DNA of 62,842 nucleotides, the filler included, from Diploschistes diacapsis (lineage: Eukaryota): assembly GCA_023645945.1 (NCBI GenBank). It is 5 parts of 5 records of this genome, joined end to end, with 100 filler letters (N's around TTAATTAATTAA, not from the genome) between each part and the next. Parts side by side here need not be neighbours in the genome. Positions count along the whole stretch, not along the records: positions 25,213 to 37,714 come from JALAIB010000735.1; positions 37,815 to 50,280 come from JALAIB010000737.1; 3 more parts are not named here. One strand, 5' to 3'. Positions 35,520 to 48,637 of the stretch are shown one piece after another (the stretch's first letter is position 1; the number at the start of each line of letters is the position of its first letter). The notes under the pieces were generated by a model. It searched no databases. It was given only the letters and a program-made list of their open reading frames with translations, and was not told the DNA's origin. Both the position numbers and the translations under genes were made by a program.

Positions 35520-37523
35520 AATCCATGCTGCCGCCTCAATCTGTGCCTTCACCCACTTTTCAAGCCCTTGCCTCGCAATCATTCCTGCTGGCAGCTCCCC
35601 GACCTTCAAGCTCCACCCTGACTTGCTATTACTCTAGCTAACTATTACCTTACTGTCTAACATCCCATACTAAATACCACCCTGTCCTTCTCGTCAACAC
35701 GCGCGATGCTTTCTTCGGCGGTTTCGTCATATTCTACTTCTCATACACCACCGACACGGGAAAACTTTGCCGTACCCGCTCCACCAGCTCAGTTATTTCC
35801 AGCCCCAAAAGTGCGTCGTTAACTGTTCCGCATGAAAATATGGCTGAAGCTGCCGGCCATGACAAGCGGGATTTTCTTTGCAAGAATAGCAGTTTTAGCT
35901 TGCTCACGCGAGCTAACGCAGCCGAAATTAAAGGCAGCGACGAGGATGTCTCCCTCCTTGACAATGGACGAAAATTGCGGGTCATAGTTGTGCATACAGA
36001 CTTTCGCTGGTTGCTCAGCTGTGATATCGTCTGTGTAAGTCAACTGTCCGCTAATGATACCATTAGTATTCAAATTATCGGCATCGCAGAACACAATCCT
36101 TCCTGAGAAGATGGTAGAATTTCAACAAGTTTCTCGTCCTCTGCTGCAAGTTCCTACTTTTATCGTCAGATTCCTCCTCACGAACCACTACTATTCCATC
36201 CAGCTACCCTATATTCTTTCCTAAAGATGCTCAGTCTGTGGCGACCATAAGGCCTTCTTCAATGCCGGCGCCCGTATCAAACTCCACACCTTTCCAGCCT
36301 TCAGGCTGCTATTATATTCCTGGCCCTGAGATCTTGCCGCTCAACACGCTTGCGGCAACCACTTCCGGTGATGCTAGATAGGCTGTCGCGTAGGCTGAGC
36401 CCATTCTTCCCTTGAAATTACGATTCGAAACGCTTATTCCCACCTCACCCGGCTGAAGAAGGCCCCTGCTAAGCTTATACACGGCCCGCATCCAGCAGGC
36501 AATGGTTGTGCGCCTGCTTCAAGCATAACCTGCCAGCCCCCTGTTGCCTCTGCAGCGTCCTGCTCCGGCTTAGAAGCAGCAGCGATACAGAAGTCGACGC
36601 CCTCGGCCACCTTCGCAATCTTGCCGTCCTGGCTTGCAGTTTCTTGCAGAAAACCTGGGCAGCAGCTGCGAGATCTTTCGCTCGGGAGTTCGTGCAAGAA
36701 ACGAGGTAGGCTTTGTTAATGGCGATGCATTGCGCGGCTATATTTTGTAATGGCGCTTAACGGAGTTTGGGCCATACATGTAAGGAGCGAGTGTCGGAAG
36801 GTTTAAATATAGCTTTTTCGCTTATTTCGCATCAGGATCGGCTTTAAGTTTGTTCTTAAATAAACTCTCCAAGCGGGGATAGGTAAATCTTCGGCTTTTT
36901 CTGAGAATTGGAGGTTTTTAAACATTGCATCTTCCGTTGCTTTGAATTTTACCCGGCCTTTTTTTGGTGGGGGGAGGGGGATGAATCAGTCAGAAAGAAG
37001 CAATCAGAAACAATCCTGTTAACGCTCCCGATCCACATGACAATATTAGCGATAGCTAAGCTATCGTCGATGGGTAAACTGTTCATGGGGGTCATCGGAT
37101 CCCGTATACCTCAATGGCGTGATCGAGGCATTCGTCCGTTACCGAAAAGCCCACACAGTGCAACAATCACGTTCCTTTCCAGTGACGCCAGGCTGCAAGC
37201 ACACGTACGTTCGTTCGTTAGCCCAAGACTGCCTGGTAGTGTAGGTCCCCAGGTGGGGGGAATTCACAAATCGAAGCCGCGCGTCCGGTAACTATGAATG
37301 ACGGCTGGGCCCACTGACCCCCATGCCCACTTGTACATGAGTAGTATGACTTATCAGAAGCCACGACGGAGGGGTGGCTATGGGGTAAGTTGTCAGCGTT
37401 AAAACAAAAGCGTCCATTGAGCGGTTTTCCACCCTAGGTCATCTGTCGCACCCCTAACCCCGGCCACCCATGGCCTTTGTCCTTCCTCCATCATAATCTG
37501 ATGCCCAATCCCTCGTCCTGCAG
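35520..37523 (-). pseudogene. LYS4: Homoaconitase (lysine biosynthesis) pseudogene, 5'-incomplete, with many frameshifts and stops
   Basis: Collinear fragments AGRGIGHQIMMEEG, GVTGK.VIVALCGLF, LPIDDSLAIAN, KADPDAK*AKKLYLNL.TLAPY..GPNSVK (TAA at 36822-36824), [67 protein letters not shown]...WDVR, GLEKWVKAQI, spread over several frames. Confidence 0.9.
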
Positions 37524-37714
37524 TCAGCTTATGACATTGTTAGACTAGAATATAGTTAGCTGCGCCCAAGTTCACAGCCGTCGGGCCTTCAGCCCTGCGG
37601 ACTGTCACTCTTTATTCTTTAAGTTATTCCTCAAGGTCCTGCCTTTTCCCCTTTCCCCTAAAGCCCCAACTTTTCCCAATGAATCTGCACGGCATGAAGA
37701 TGGCCCTCCACGAC

Positions 37715-37814
37715 NNNNNNNNNNNNNNNNNNNNNNNNNNNNNNNNNNNNNNNNNNNNTTAATTAATTAANNNNNNNNNNNNNNNNNNNNNNNNNNNNNN
37801 NNNNNNNNNNNNNN
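37715..37814. other. Artificial contig spacer
   Basis: N44-TTAATTAATTAA-N44. Confidence 0.99.
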
Positions 37815-38144
37815 CTCGACGGCTCAGTTAGGCGGGACTTGTTTGTAGCAACATGAATATCAGAGATCTTTTCGCCTATACCGAAGCACCATAGAGAACC
37901 ACAACAAGGAAAATTCCGACTCAGCATGTAGTAGGATCAGAATCGCTTTTTGATACAAGATTGGAACACCATGTCGCTCTCTCGGGAAGGATCCCTCTTC
38001 CTTCCAGATCCCTCCCTCATCCTTCACCCCCTGTATCCCTTAAGCTTCATCCATCTGCGATCAAGCCTTCTTCGTCTTACACCCAAACCATTCCCACCTA
38101 GTCGGCAAGTATGACTCTGTCCCAATTACCCACTAGCCCGCACC

Positions 38145-39961
38145 TCACATCTTCCTCGCCCTAAACTGCAGCCACGGCCCATCGTGCGTGCACATCGCAG
38201 GCTCACGCAGCCGAAACTCCCCAACCCTCCACCCCTGCCATCCTCCAATCTCTCCTTGCCCGCCCCGCCATCTCCCAGCGGCCCACAGCGCGCCGAACAT
38301 CAAGCGTCCACAAGCGTCCTCGCCACCGTGTCCGCGAGCTCCGCATACGCCATGTTCCGGCCCGCACAAGCGCGCGGACCGAGCGAGAAGGGACCAAATG
38401 TGTGGGGCGCGCGCGCCAGGTCGCTGCTCTCGGCATCTTGCACGTCGGGTGTCGTTGGCTCACCTAAAAGCCAGCGCTCGGGCCGGAAGACGCCGTGATC
38501 CGGGTACGCAGGGTCGTTGCGGTGCACGGGCCGTAAGGGCTCACGCCAACGTCGACGCCTGGCGGCACGATATGGCCGTCGAGCATGATGCTGCTGCTCC
38601 TAGCCTTGTTGGCGCTCGCCTCGCGCCAGAGTGTGCCGCTGATAGGAGGCGACATGCGTAGCGCCTCGTCAATGCAGGCACGCAGGTAGCGGCATGAGTT
38701 CATGAGCGGACCGGAGCGTATCTGGGAAAGATCGGAGAAGGTGCTGCGAATTTCGTGGGCGAGCTTGGCGTGGACGAGAGGGTAGGTGGGGAGGTAGAAG
38801 AAGATGGAGGTTAGGCAACTGGATGAGGTATCGGCGCCTGTGGTACGTTAGGGATCCAAGGTCGTTACACTCGAGGTTGTTGAATAGGCTGTTTGGACTT
38901 ACCTGCGATCAGGACGAAGCGGCCCAGAGTTCGCTCTCGGTGAAGCCCTCTCCCGTCTCCGGGTCTTCGGCATCGACAATGAAGGAGAGAAAATCCTGGC
39001 AGGAGCCTTCTCAGCTGCCATACGCGGCCTTACCAGCGAACCCATCAGGTTCAGGCACTTCTCTCGCATCTGCAGCCCCTTTCTATAGAACAATTTCTTA
39101 AGGCGCAGCTTTGCTAGAGCCGGATATTGCACGTAAACACCAGCTTTGCGGCTCGTAGCAGTGACGGCGTCGATGAGGAAGCGATTTGTCTCTTCTCGCT
39201 GCAGTTGAAATGATTGGCCAAAGCCAAACTCACCCATAATGTCATAGACCAAAATCTGCAGGTGGCAGTCATATCCAGGGGGGCTGACCATCCAGATCCC
39301 TGTTCACAGCATGGTGCTTCAAGGAGATTACGAACGAAGATATCGATGTGCTCGAATATCGTAGGTTCGAAGGAACGGATGCACTGATCTGAGAATCCTC
39401 GGCCAAGAACTCTTCGTTTGTGACGGTGTAGGGACTTGTCGACAGCTGTGAAGATGTTGTACGCGCCTGGCTCAGGCACCATTGTTGCGTAGCCGACCGA
39501 CTTCTGGACATCCTGCGAGTGATACAGTTCTTTTCGAGTTAGCATCAGAGTTGGTTTGGGAAAGAGCTAGCGGGCCGTTCAACGCTCTGGCCGAGTTAAT
39601 ACAAGCTTGTTTGGCCCTTGACGAAAGACTGGCCCTAGCAAACATCAGTATTTCAGCTCGATATCTAGATTTCAACAGAGCTCTTACCCCAGCACAGATG
39701 TCCTTTCTCACTTCCGGTTGCAGTTGCCCTCTGACATTGTGATAAGCGCAACATATATCACTCACTTTTGCAAGCCACGGTCCGGGATATTTGACAAGTG
39801 GGTGGAAGTATCTTCGAGATACTATGGTACCAAGGACCTGCTTTTGTTAATACCTCGCTCCTAGATGGAAACAGGATGTGGAGCTTGCGTACGTGGAAGA
39901 GATAAAAGAAGCAGAGCACTAATGGCAAGAGCCAGACATGAGATATATCAGTTGATGACAT
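38145..39961 (-). pseudogene. Cytochrome P450 monooxygenase pseudogene
   Basis: N-terminal TM, HPLVKYPGPWLAK, DIMGEFGFG, AGADTSS (I-helix), YLRACIDEALRMSPP (ExxR), FRPERWL, PFSLGPRACAG (heme Cys). Several frameshifts not explained by introns (~39600, ~39260, ~39005, ~38915, ~38530). Confidence 0.88.
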
Positions 39962-40566
39962 GATTCGTTGGACTTCTAGCTGAATAATGAGCAGCCACAG
40001 AAACAAATTCTTCTTGTTTTCAACCTCCTTGGGTAGGTGACTGATAGGGAACGGAGCTATATTAGCAGGCCCAACGATACACAGATAAATGTAGGTCAAA
40101 GCCATTCTTTTAGGTACCTGCATTGCGATCGTTGCAGTGGCTGCAAGGAGGCCAGTCCATCGTTCGTAAGGGCTAAGGCAGTTGGATAGGTAAGCCAGCT
40201 TGAGCGTGTAGTAGAGGGTGACATTCAGAGTCCTATCTGTGGGATTCATGCATCTAGAAGATTGGACTATCTGACCGTAGAGGTTTGGAAAGGTAGAATG
40301 CAAGATGTTGCTTGCCTAGCATCTCGCAACCCCGTAACTGTATTCTGGTAGGTTGCTTTCAGGCGCTACATTGGGGTCTGCTGATAGCTGGACGCGAAAT
40401 TGAAGCCAAATAGTCCGAAGCAGCTAGAAATTAATGAACGAGCTCTTCGCGAAGATCGCCACTACCCCTTAGAAAAGATAAGTCTTCTAGAATGGTTGTT
40501 ATTTGATTCACAGACGTACAGTACCATTCGCAAAGCCCTAACAGATCAACTGTCGAAATGGCAAGA

Positions 40567-42533
40567 CTATTCTAAGCTCTTCTCCTTGGAACTATTCTGA
40601 TCCATTTCCTTTGGTTTGACGTCCTCCACGACGCGAATGGGAGCGTTTCTATACAAAATCTCCACGGTTACAATCTGAGTGACGCCAAAGCCAGCCATGA
40701 TCTGGAATTGTATATTGTAGCCCGAGCCGAAAGCTGACAAGACCTGCTCTTGCACCTGCGGCGGAAACAGAGCAGTTGATTCGATGGGAATTTGGGAGCT
40801 CATTCAACCTGGACGTGCCAATTGTGCTTGTCAAGGTGTTGGTGAGATGGCTGTTCATGACACTCGAAGCAATAGCGAGACCGATAGCTCTACGAAATAC
40901 GCGCATCTGGAGCAGTGCTCCGCTAGAGACCGCTACAGAAGGCTCAGTAGATTGTGCGGAAACGATATAAGCACACTTACAGAAGTCTCGTTTCTCAACA
41001 ACCCGGAGAGGTATAAGAAGACTTATACCCATTACGAAGCCAAGGCCGAGTCCAGTATAACCTCGTATGCAAAGAACGTGTTGGGGGTGTCACCGGTGTT
41101 GGGGGCCGTAGAGAACAATATAAGACCGGCGGATTGCGCCATGGAACCTGCTAATAGTAAGTAGATCGGCAAGATGCGCCACTTTGCAGCAATGATATTG
41201 ACAAGAACATTGCCAAATGAGATGGAGGAATTGAAGGGTATTAGGCGAATACCAGCTTGGAGAGGATTAAGATTTTCTACAGCCTGAAACTTCTGCGGAA
41301 TGTCGATTATAATGATGTTGTAAGGTTTCCAGATAGAAACGATATACTATCGAAAGTTAGAAGCAAGCTAAGGTGCAGACCCAACTCAGACTCACAGCAG
41401 AGTCCCCAATCAGACGCGATTGGAAAAACAGCGCCACGGAAATATAGGCTCGGGCCGGAATTTGTCGCTGGAAACAACTCGCTCATTCGAAGAAAAAGAT
41501 CCACAAAACCACAGAAGATGCAAGCAACGCTATGGCCGTAACGGAGTTCTAGGGGAATGAGTTTGGGGCTTCCAGAAGCACAGTTACAAGCAGTGCTGTA
41601 GCGCCTAGGAGGAAGAAAGCCCCAAGACGTCCAGTCTGAACAAGGAGCTCCTGTCGAGCGCTTGCCGCCATGTCAATACGCGGGAAGTTCCCGGTTGATG
41701 CGGGAAATTTTTGGGGACCGCTACAAAGATCAAGACAAGCGTAAAGAGGCCGGCCGGCATACTTAATATCTGTTGGTGATCATGGAGGATGAACTGATGA
41801 CACTCACTTAATCAGGAAGACAAACATCGATGTCCAGGTAGCTGCTTGATTGAAACCGCCACCGAGCATAGGTCCAACAAGACTACCTAGTGCCATAACA
41901 CCGGCTAACTGCATCGCCTGTATAGGATTCTTCTCCTTAGGAACCATTTCATAGGCCAGCGAGAGCCAAAAACACAGAGCCAGCAGCCCCTATTCTTTGA
42001 AACATGCGAAAGACAATAAGCTGGTCCATAGATTGAGCGGCACCGCACGCGCCGGAGAAGGCGGTGAAGATAAACACTGATGCCAGCATGACGATCTTTC
42101 GTCCGAAAGTATCGCTCAGTTTCGCCCAAAGTATCAGAGTTCCGGTATATGTGATCAAATAGCCTGTCACGACCCAGCCCATCTAAGAAAAGCCCTGTAA
42201 GTCATTTGTTATGGTGATCAAAGAAGTACCGATGAAGGCCACTTCCATGTTGACAAGGAACATTCCGAGAGCGGTACTACGAGCAGTAAGTACAAGCCAG
42301 ACTGAAACTTGATGCTATTCACCTCAATGACATCAAGCGCAGCCGCCATCCTTGAAGATACACTATGCCGTTATCTTCTTCTGTCACGGACAAACGTGGT
42401 AGAATATTTTCCTTATTGGAGTCAGAGATGTAAGGTTGGTAACTTGGAGGACGAGCATCCCATTCTGCCAATAGAGTAGGCAGTCCACGCCTTGGTCCGG
42501 CCCATAAGAATTCTGCTTTGCATTTGACTCCAT
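40567..42533 (-). pseudogene. MFS drug:H+ antiporter (DHA2-like) pseudogene
   Basis: IVYLQGWRL, GMFLVNMEVAFIGTSL.TITNDL.GFS*MGWVVTGYLITY, AKLSDTFGRK, LIVFR.FQ.IG..G, GPMLGG. In-frame TAG at 42183-42185 and frameshifts (~41960 and others). Confidence 0.85.
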
Positions 42534-43540
42534 GGCGTACTTGACTGGAGCTACGGAGTATAAAGAAGAAGCAGCAAGTAATTGAGAAGATCAATTTGAT
42601 GGTATGAAAAAAGATGCATGGACATAGAGAGGTAACGAGAAAAGAAGAGTATCCATTCTCGGTCTGGGGCTTCAAGCCGGCAATAGCAGAGTAACATTGC
42701 TACCCAATAGGGAGTATCATTGGAGTGCGTTGACGGAAAAGCCTCATAGTCAGAGGTCACCTACAGTTAGATAGTCGTACACATATATTGTCTCACGCCG
42801 TAGGCTAAAGTGCATTGGCAGTACTCCCCAGGGATCGAAGGAGCAGGTTTCATACCAGCTTAGGCCAAATGAGACAAGACAGAACGGATTTTAGAGGTTT
42901 TCCTAAGTTGTCGGAGGGAGAACCTTGAGTTTGCTAGGCTTGAAAGCAAGCGCAAACTTGTAACGAATGTAGGGACGCCAGCTTGCAATGGATGGCGTCT
43001 CAATCGAGCGATGGATTCGGATATATGTTGGAGAATCCAAGAAAGCGATGCATGCCCTGTAGGGCTGTCGAGCTTGAGCACGTGATCACGCACTCAAAAA
43101 CCGCGGCGGCCTTTAGATTGAGTAGGAAGCACTATAGGAATCGTCCGTTTTCGTTATTTCCTACACTAGATGAGAAATACGATAACTACCAGAATTAATT
43201 GAGCCTCAGGGCTACCAATAACGGTCATAAGACGATCAAGCGAACATGGCGGCAAGGACAAGGAAAGCGCGCAGGATGGTTTAGAACCCGTGTACACATG
43301 CCAGGCCGTATAAAAGCTACATCGATACCGTCAAGGCAGCTTTTCTAATTTCTATCTTTGTACAAGAGAGAGAAAGGTGGTGCTTCGACACGCCTGCGTC
43401 TGGAACCTTTCTAATGTTCGCGGGCGAAATATTCAGGTACACCGTTAGCTAGTTCCCTATTTCTCACACGGCGATATCCACTCCTCAGACAGCGTCCGGA
43501 GGAAGCCTCATCATGGTTTTGCAGCTACTGAAAATGTAGG

Positions 43541-45028
43541 CTATGTCCATATTCCTCTTTCTGGCAGATTTGCCGGTAGTTCACTGACATCCACACTCCT
43601 CGTGACCATAATCTGCAACTCCATTGGTTGCGCTTGCCGTTCCTCTATTTCTACAGCCCTGTCCTCTGTGTATATGGAGCCTGTAGCGTTTGTGGTCATA
43701 TGCATGGTGGAATCTTTGGGGCGGTTGCCTGGCACAGGATCCACCGGCGCGCGTGAGCTCGCCTGGGCCCGAGGCCCGTAGTGCGGAATGGATGTGAGAC
43801 GCTGCTGCCCCGACAGTCTGTACCGGAGGCCGCTAGCAAAGCTGCGAAATCCGGTCGTGCGAAAGAGGCCGTAGACGATTGGCAGATTGCAGGCAATTAG
43901 TCCTACCGCGGACTCAAGGATACTGCCCCAGATGTTTTCGGTTATGATGACTTGGACTTTGTTAGCGACGTTGCTTGTATAAAAGGTAATAGGTGCGGCA
44001 TACGCTCAAAATCCACTTCCGGGTCGTAGGTAACTTGGTTCTATCAGTTGAGAGCTAACGGATATGCTGAGCTTCGCTTACGGTCAGATTGTTGCATGTA
44101 GACGGCCATTCTGGTAAGGGAGGCCGCAAATGCCCTGACAACGTGTCAGTCATGAAAGTATCATGGGGGAGTATATGCATACAAGCTACCGAGCAGGAAG
44201 ACCGCAATAATAGCAAGCTTATGGCTCGAGCTTAGGTGCAAACGCCAGATCTGCCTCTCATAAATGTGCGCTCCAGCCCCACGTCTCTATAAGTTAACGT
44301 ACTTGTGGTATGGGTATTACAATTATGACAAAATCGCCTATTGCGTCGGTGATGGCGAAGAAATCATACAAGAGGACTGTATTAACGCATCTTTCTTGTG
44401 TTACCGTCGTGCTTGCCCAATAAGCTGCAGGATCGTCTTTACAGATAAACAGGAAAGCGAAGAAGAACGCAAGCATCCATACAATTGTAAGGGAAACCAG
44501 CGTTATCGTCATCCAATGGAGAACTCCATATCTCCTATTGTTGAATACTCTCCTAAAGAAGTAAATGAAACTCAGTTTCACGAATCCCACTGCTGGGGCT
44601 TGCAGGAGTAATATGGGATATAGTGGCTACGAGAGTTAGAACGAATGTGCTTTCTTTCATCTCACATAGTATACCAGATGTGCAGTTGGCCCAATAGGGT
44701 CTGTGGCTGGACTTGAAGCTGGATACGCAATGACCTTGAGGCCGACCTCTGATTTGATGTGAGCCAACAACAATGCAAGGATCTATCCTGCTTACCTATT
44801 AATGTTGCAACACACATGCATTCTATAGCAACCTACGAAAGTCAGAAACCATGCGTCAGTGGGTGACTTTTTTACCAGAGCTGGGACTGTGAGCCAGTCA
44901 TCAGTCCCGAGTGTCACTTTGAGCGTACGTCTCGCGTGAAATCGCAGCGCCGTAAACACCAGGCACAGCGGAATAAAGACTGCACCAGCAGCAGCCACAA
45001 GGCTTGGGCTCAATCGTAAAGTACGCAT
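43541..45028 (-). CDS. Pth11-like rhodopsin-domain integral membrane protein (no CFEM), multi-intron; apparent 1-nt frameshift near 44090, possibly a pseudogene
   Basis: LRFHARR...GTDDWL, GFVKLSFIYFFRRVF, TDAIGDFVIIVIPIPQIWRLHLS...KLAIIAVFLLG, ASLTRM, LESAVGLIACNLP. The exon ending TCTGACC|GTAAGC is out of phase with the next exon. Confidence 0.75.
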
Positions 45029-46258
45029 CTAGAATGGTGCGGGGACTATAGGGGTGAAGCACCAGTTTGCTGTGAAGTTTGAAGAGATATAGCGACGGTA
45101 TCCTCAGAAAAAGTCCGAAAAAGTGGCATATCTCGCTTGCACCTTTTCTTGGGTTTGGGTATGCATGTTTTTTTTGAGCAGTCGTCATCAGAAGCATCGA
45201 CTTTGGCAGTATCCAATACCTTGCAGCCAACAATTGCAGAGGTGGTGTGAGAGATAACAAGTAGAGCATCCAGAACAGGCATACTTTGTGCCGATCTTTA
45301 CAGCCTTGCGCTATTGGTGGTCAGTATAAATGAGCATGCAGCAAACAAAGAAGAAAGACAGGTATCGCAAGCTAAGAATGCAGAAGCAATGAATGACGTA
45401 AACCACTATACTGGAATAGCAAGAACATGACCTATGAAGGGCGATTTTAGCGCTTGAGAATACAGGAGATGTGGCGGCAGGCCACATTGTGTGTGATGCA
45501 TCTGAGATAAGATCACGGTAGATTCTTCTGCAATGAAACATCCCGAGGCTACCCAGCAACGGAGGATCTATCTTTTGACAATTAATGAGTGGGCGAGGCG
45601 CAACCGTCCTGAATAAGAAAATATCGGAGCTGACAGCGAAGTACGCCCGTCCCGAACACAGCGGACAGAGATGAATACGACACGTTGGTCTAAGGTCGCG
45701 GAATGGGCAGACGAAGAGAGTAGCCAGCAAAAATTAGGTATCGCCCATGAGCAACCGTGTTTGCGTTTTATAGGTCCGTACATCGCAATATCCTGAACCT
45801 TTACTATGACTAGCGAAGTGCTTATTTTGTACCGCTCTCGGAGACCTTGAGCCTTCCGAAGCGACCGCAACAGCAAACACAGGCGCATGCATCGACCAGA
45901 TTAGGAGGCAGTTATGAACCGAACAAGTGCGCTCGATCAAACGATGCTTGCCCACATGTTGAATCCAGTAGCGTGTGTCGCTGGAGGTCCCATAAGTACC
46001 CAATCACCAAGCATCCATCTTCCAAAAGCCTCTTCGGAGACCCCCTTAAGTCAGACGGTGCCGCGCAAGATTCGATAACGAACTCTTTGATGTATATAAT
46101 CGCAAATGGTTCTCCTATCTTCCAACGGCATCCAGTTTGTAAATCACAACATGTCGATGTTGCTCACTGTTTTTGCACAAGGCCGCCCATGTCCGCAATG
46201 CGTTTCATCGTCCAAATGACAAAAAGCTCCCAGTTTACGTGAATCCAAATTCAAGCGC

Positions 46259-47631
46259 TCATGACCTCGATCTTTGATACTCCAGATGTGCTCTTTTAGT
46301 TGCTGGGCCTCCGTCATCCCACGGCCATTTTCGATCTCCACCTCCTGTAATCTGCGAATCCATCAACGGACCCCACGCACCATCGATGGAGGTAGGCGAT
46401 GGAACGCTGAGCTTTTTGGTGAGCCCATTGTGCGAGATGTCTAGCTCTTCTAGCTCTGCATCCTTCTCAGGATCATCATCAACAGTGTTGCTACTAGCCT
46501 GACTTGTCTTGGCTGCTTTAGGATAGGTGATGAGTGTGGCGTCGGAGCTACTCCTCGTGTCCTCCTCACGTGAAGCAGCGAGATTCGATGTGGCGGGCGG
46601 TGTACGTCTTCTGGTGGCGGTCGGGTGCTGGACGGAATTCTTTCTTAGTGAGGTCAGACAGGTATCGTCATAACTGCCCCGTCTAGTATTCATCATGTCT
46701 CTGCCTACGAGTCGCGCAAGCAGAGGTCTGTAGGTTGGTAGACAGGCGGAGATAATCGCGACAGAAGAGTGCACAGAGAGCCAGATCGTGCCTGGAGTCA
46801 TGTCGCCTATTGAAGTTAGCAATGACGATGTGAAAACGAATGCCCCTGGCACTTTACATACTCTTGTTCCACGCATAGTATATCCTCACAATGCCCGTGA
46901 TAAGAACAAAACCTCCCATGCAAAACATGGTCACAATGAGCGCCTTCTTCCTCGTGCTAAGTTGGAGCTTTGTGATCTCCCTGATCGGCAAAGCAAGCAC
47001 CAGAGTCTCGATGAGGAGCTCAGCAACCATACTTGTCATCCAAAAAATATTATAATTAATGTAGTATTGGCCTGAGATGCTCAAGTCCCAGTAGGATTCG
47101 GTTGGGCGCCAGCTAAGTATGTCACACAGCGTCCCGGACAGCCACCAAGCAACAGTCAAGGCAACCAAGATGAGCGATGCGTGGGAGAAGAAACGGTGTA
47201 TAGAAAACACACGGCGGTAAAGAAAGAGGATGCTGAGGGTAGGGAATGCGATATTCGACCAGTATAGGAAGGAATATCCCCAAGAAAGCTTTAGGAACAG
47301 GCTGTACTGTGGAGAGTTTTCGTCGACGGCTTGCCTCCCGATATCGACACCTGTATCATCATCAGTACCGCTGCGAGCAGCATCGTATACCAGCCACGGG
47401 GCGCGATGAACGATACTGACCTCTTAAGACGAGCGACTCGGCTGTTGAATAAGAGAGTAGAGCGATGCCAATCAGGACATCGTCCAGACCAAACTCTTTT
47501 TCAACCCGTGCTTTGGCAAGAAAACGAAGCAGGACAGCAGAGACGGCCAAACTCAGCATCAACACTCCAATAGCGATGATCTCTGTTCCGTCATCGCGTA
47601 AACTCGCGATGGTATCCTGCGCAGCGGACAT
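46259..47631 (-). CDS. Second Pth11-like rhodopsin-domain integral membrane protein, two introns, apparently intact
   Basis: AVLLRFLAK...FGLDDVLI, TLSILFLYRRVF, ELLIETLVLALPIREITKLQLSTRKK, GGFVLITGIVR, HSSVAIISACLPTYRPL, Ser/Thr-rich tail; introns GTCAGT..ACAG and GTATGT..AATAG restore the frame. Confidence 0.82.
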
Positions 47632-48637
47632 GATGCCAAGACAAGGTGGGGATGCCTGTGGAGTTGCCTAGTGTCGCCATGAAGCGCAATATCTGTTTTG
47701 ATTTTGCATGGACCCGGCTTGCAGGACAACTTGAAGCAGCACTAGTAGGTATGTGAATTAGGAGGCGAAACTAACAAAATGGAAGAGGAAGAGGAAGAGG
47801 AATGGAGTTCCGCTGAAAGGCGGTACCTGTGCTGCCACATGCCCTTTACTTTCCATGAGCCTGAGCAGGCACACAGTAGTATTGCCCATACCTACCTACT
47901 TTATGCAGATGATGTCAGAAACGGTTGGGGCCTGGAGGCCAGGCCCATGCCGTGCTGGCGCTCGTATGAAAGCGCGTGGGAAAAGGGTGTGTGGACTCCG
48001 AAATGGAAGGACCTAAAGGTTTATTTAGTAGCCAGAATGATGGGTCCAGTAGGACCAGTAACAACGATATCACGCCAACCGAAATAGTTGTTGTAAGTTG
48101 GGTCAAAGGATTCCTTCGGCGCATGTCATGATGCATGCTCTGCACTTGGCGGCTTGAAACGTTGGCGGCGGCACCATTCCGCAGAGACGGAGAAAGAGAG
48201 AGTTGGTAAGAAGCCGAGCTGACGATGCATATGCACATATGCTAGAAGATGCATTCAGTAGAATACTGATTGGTGGCGGTGTTCCTAATAACCTGCCGCG
48301 TTTTCGAATTAAATCCCAAAATGGTTTCGTGAAGTCGCACGGCAAAGAAGCAGGGACCAACCAGATATAGCCCGCGGTCCAATACTGTGCAGTAAAACTA
48401 ACACTGTCCAATTATGGCGAAGCAGGAAATGCGCCCATCAATCTTCTGGTAACCATCGTTTCCTTAGGCCTTCGAAGTACCCCCCCAGAATAAGGATGCG
48501 CCCTACAAAAAGGCTCAACGTGTCCTGATATACTCAGCGCTAACCTTTATTCTCGGGGATACTTCGTTCATGGTCGTCAACGTCTATCAGCCTTAAGGAA
48601 GGCTCGAAGATGCGACGATAAATGATTGGTTTGTAGT

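Noticed and set aside
37451..37461. CCCTAACCC telomere-like unit near a contig end and near RIF1
   Set aside because: About 1.5 units only, inside the LYS4 pseudogene; no telomeric array.
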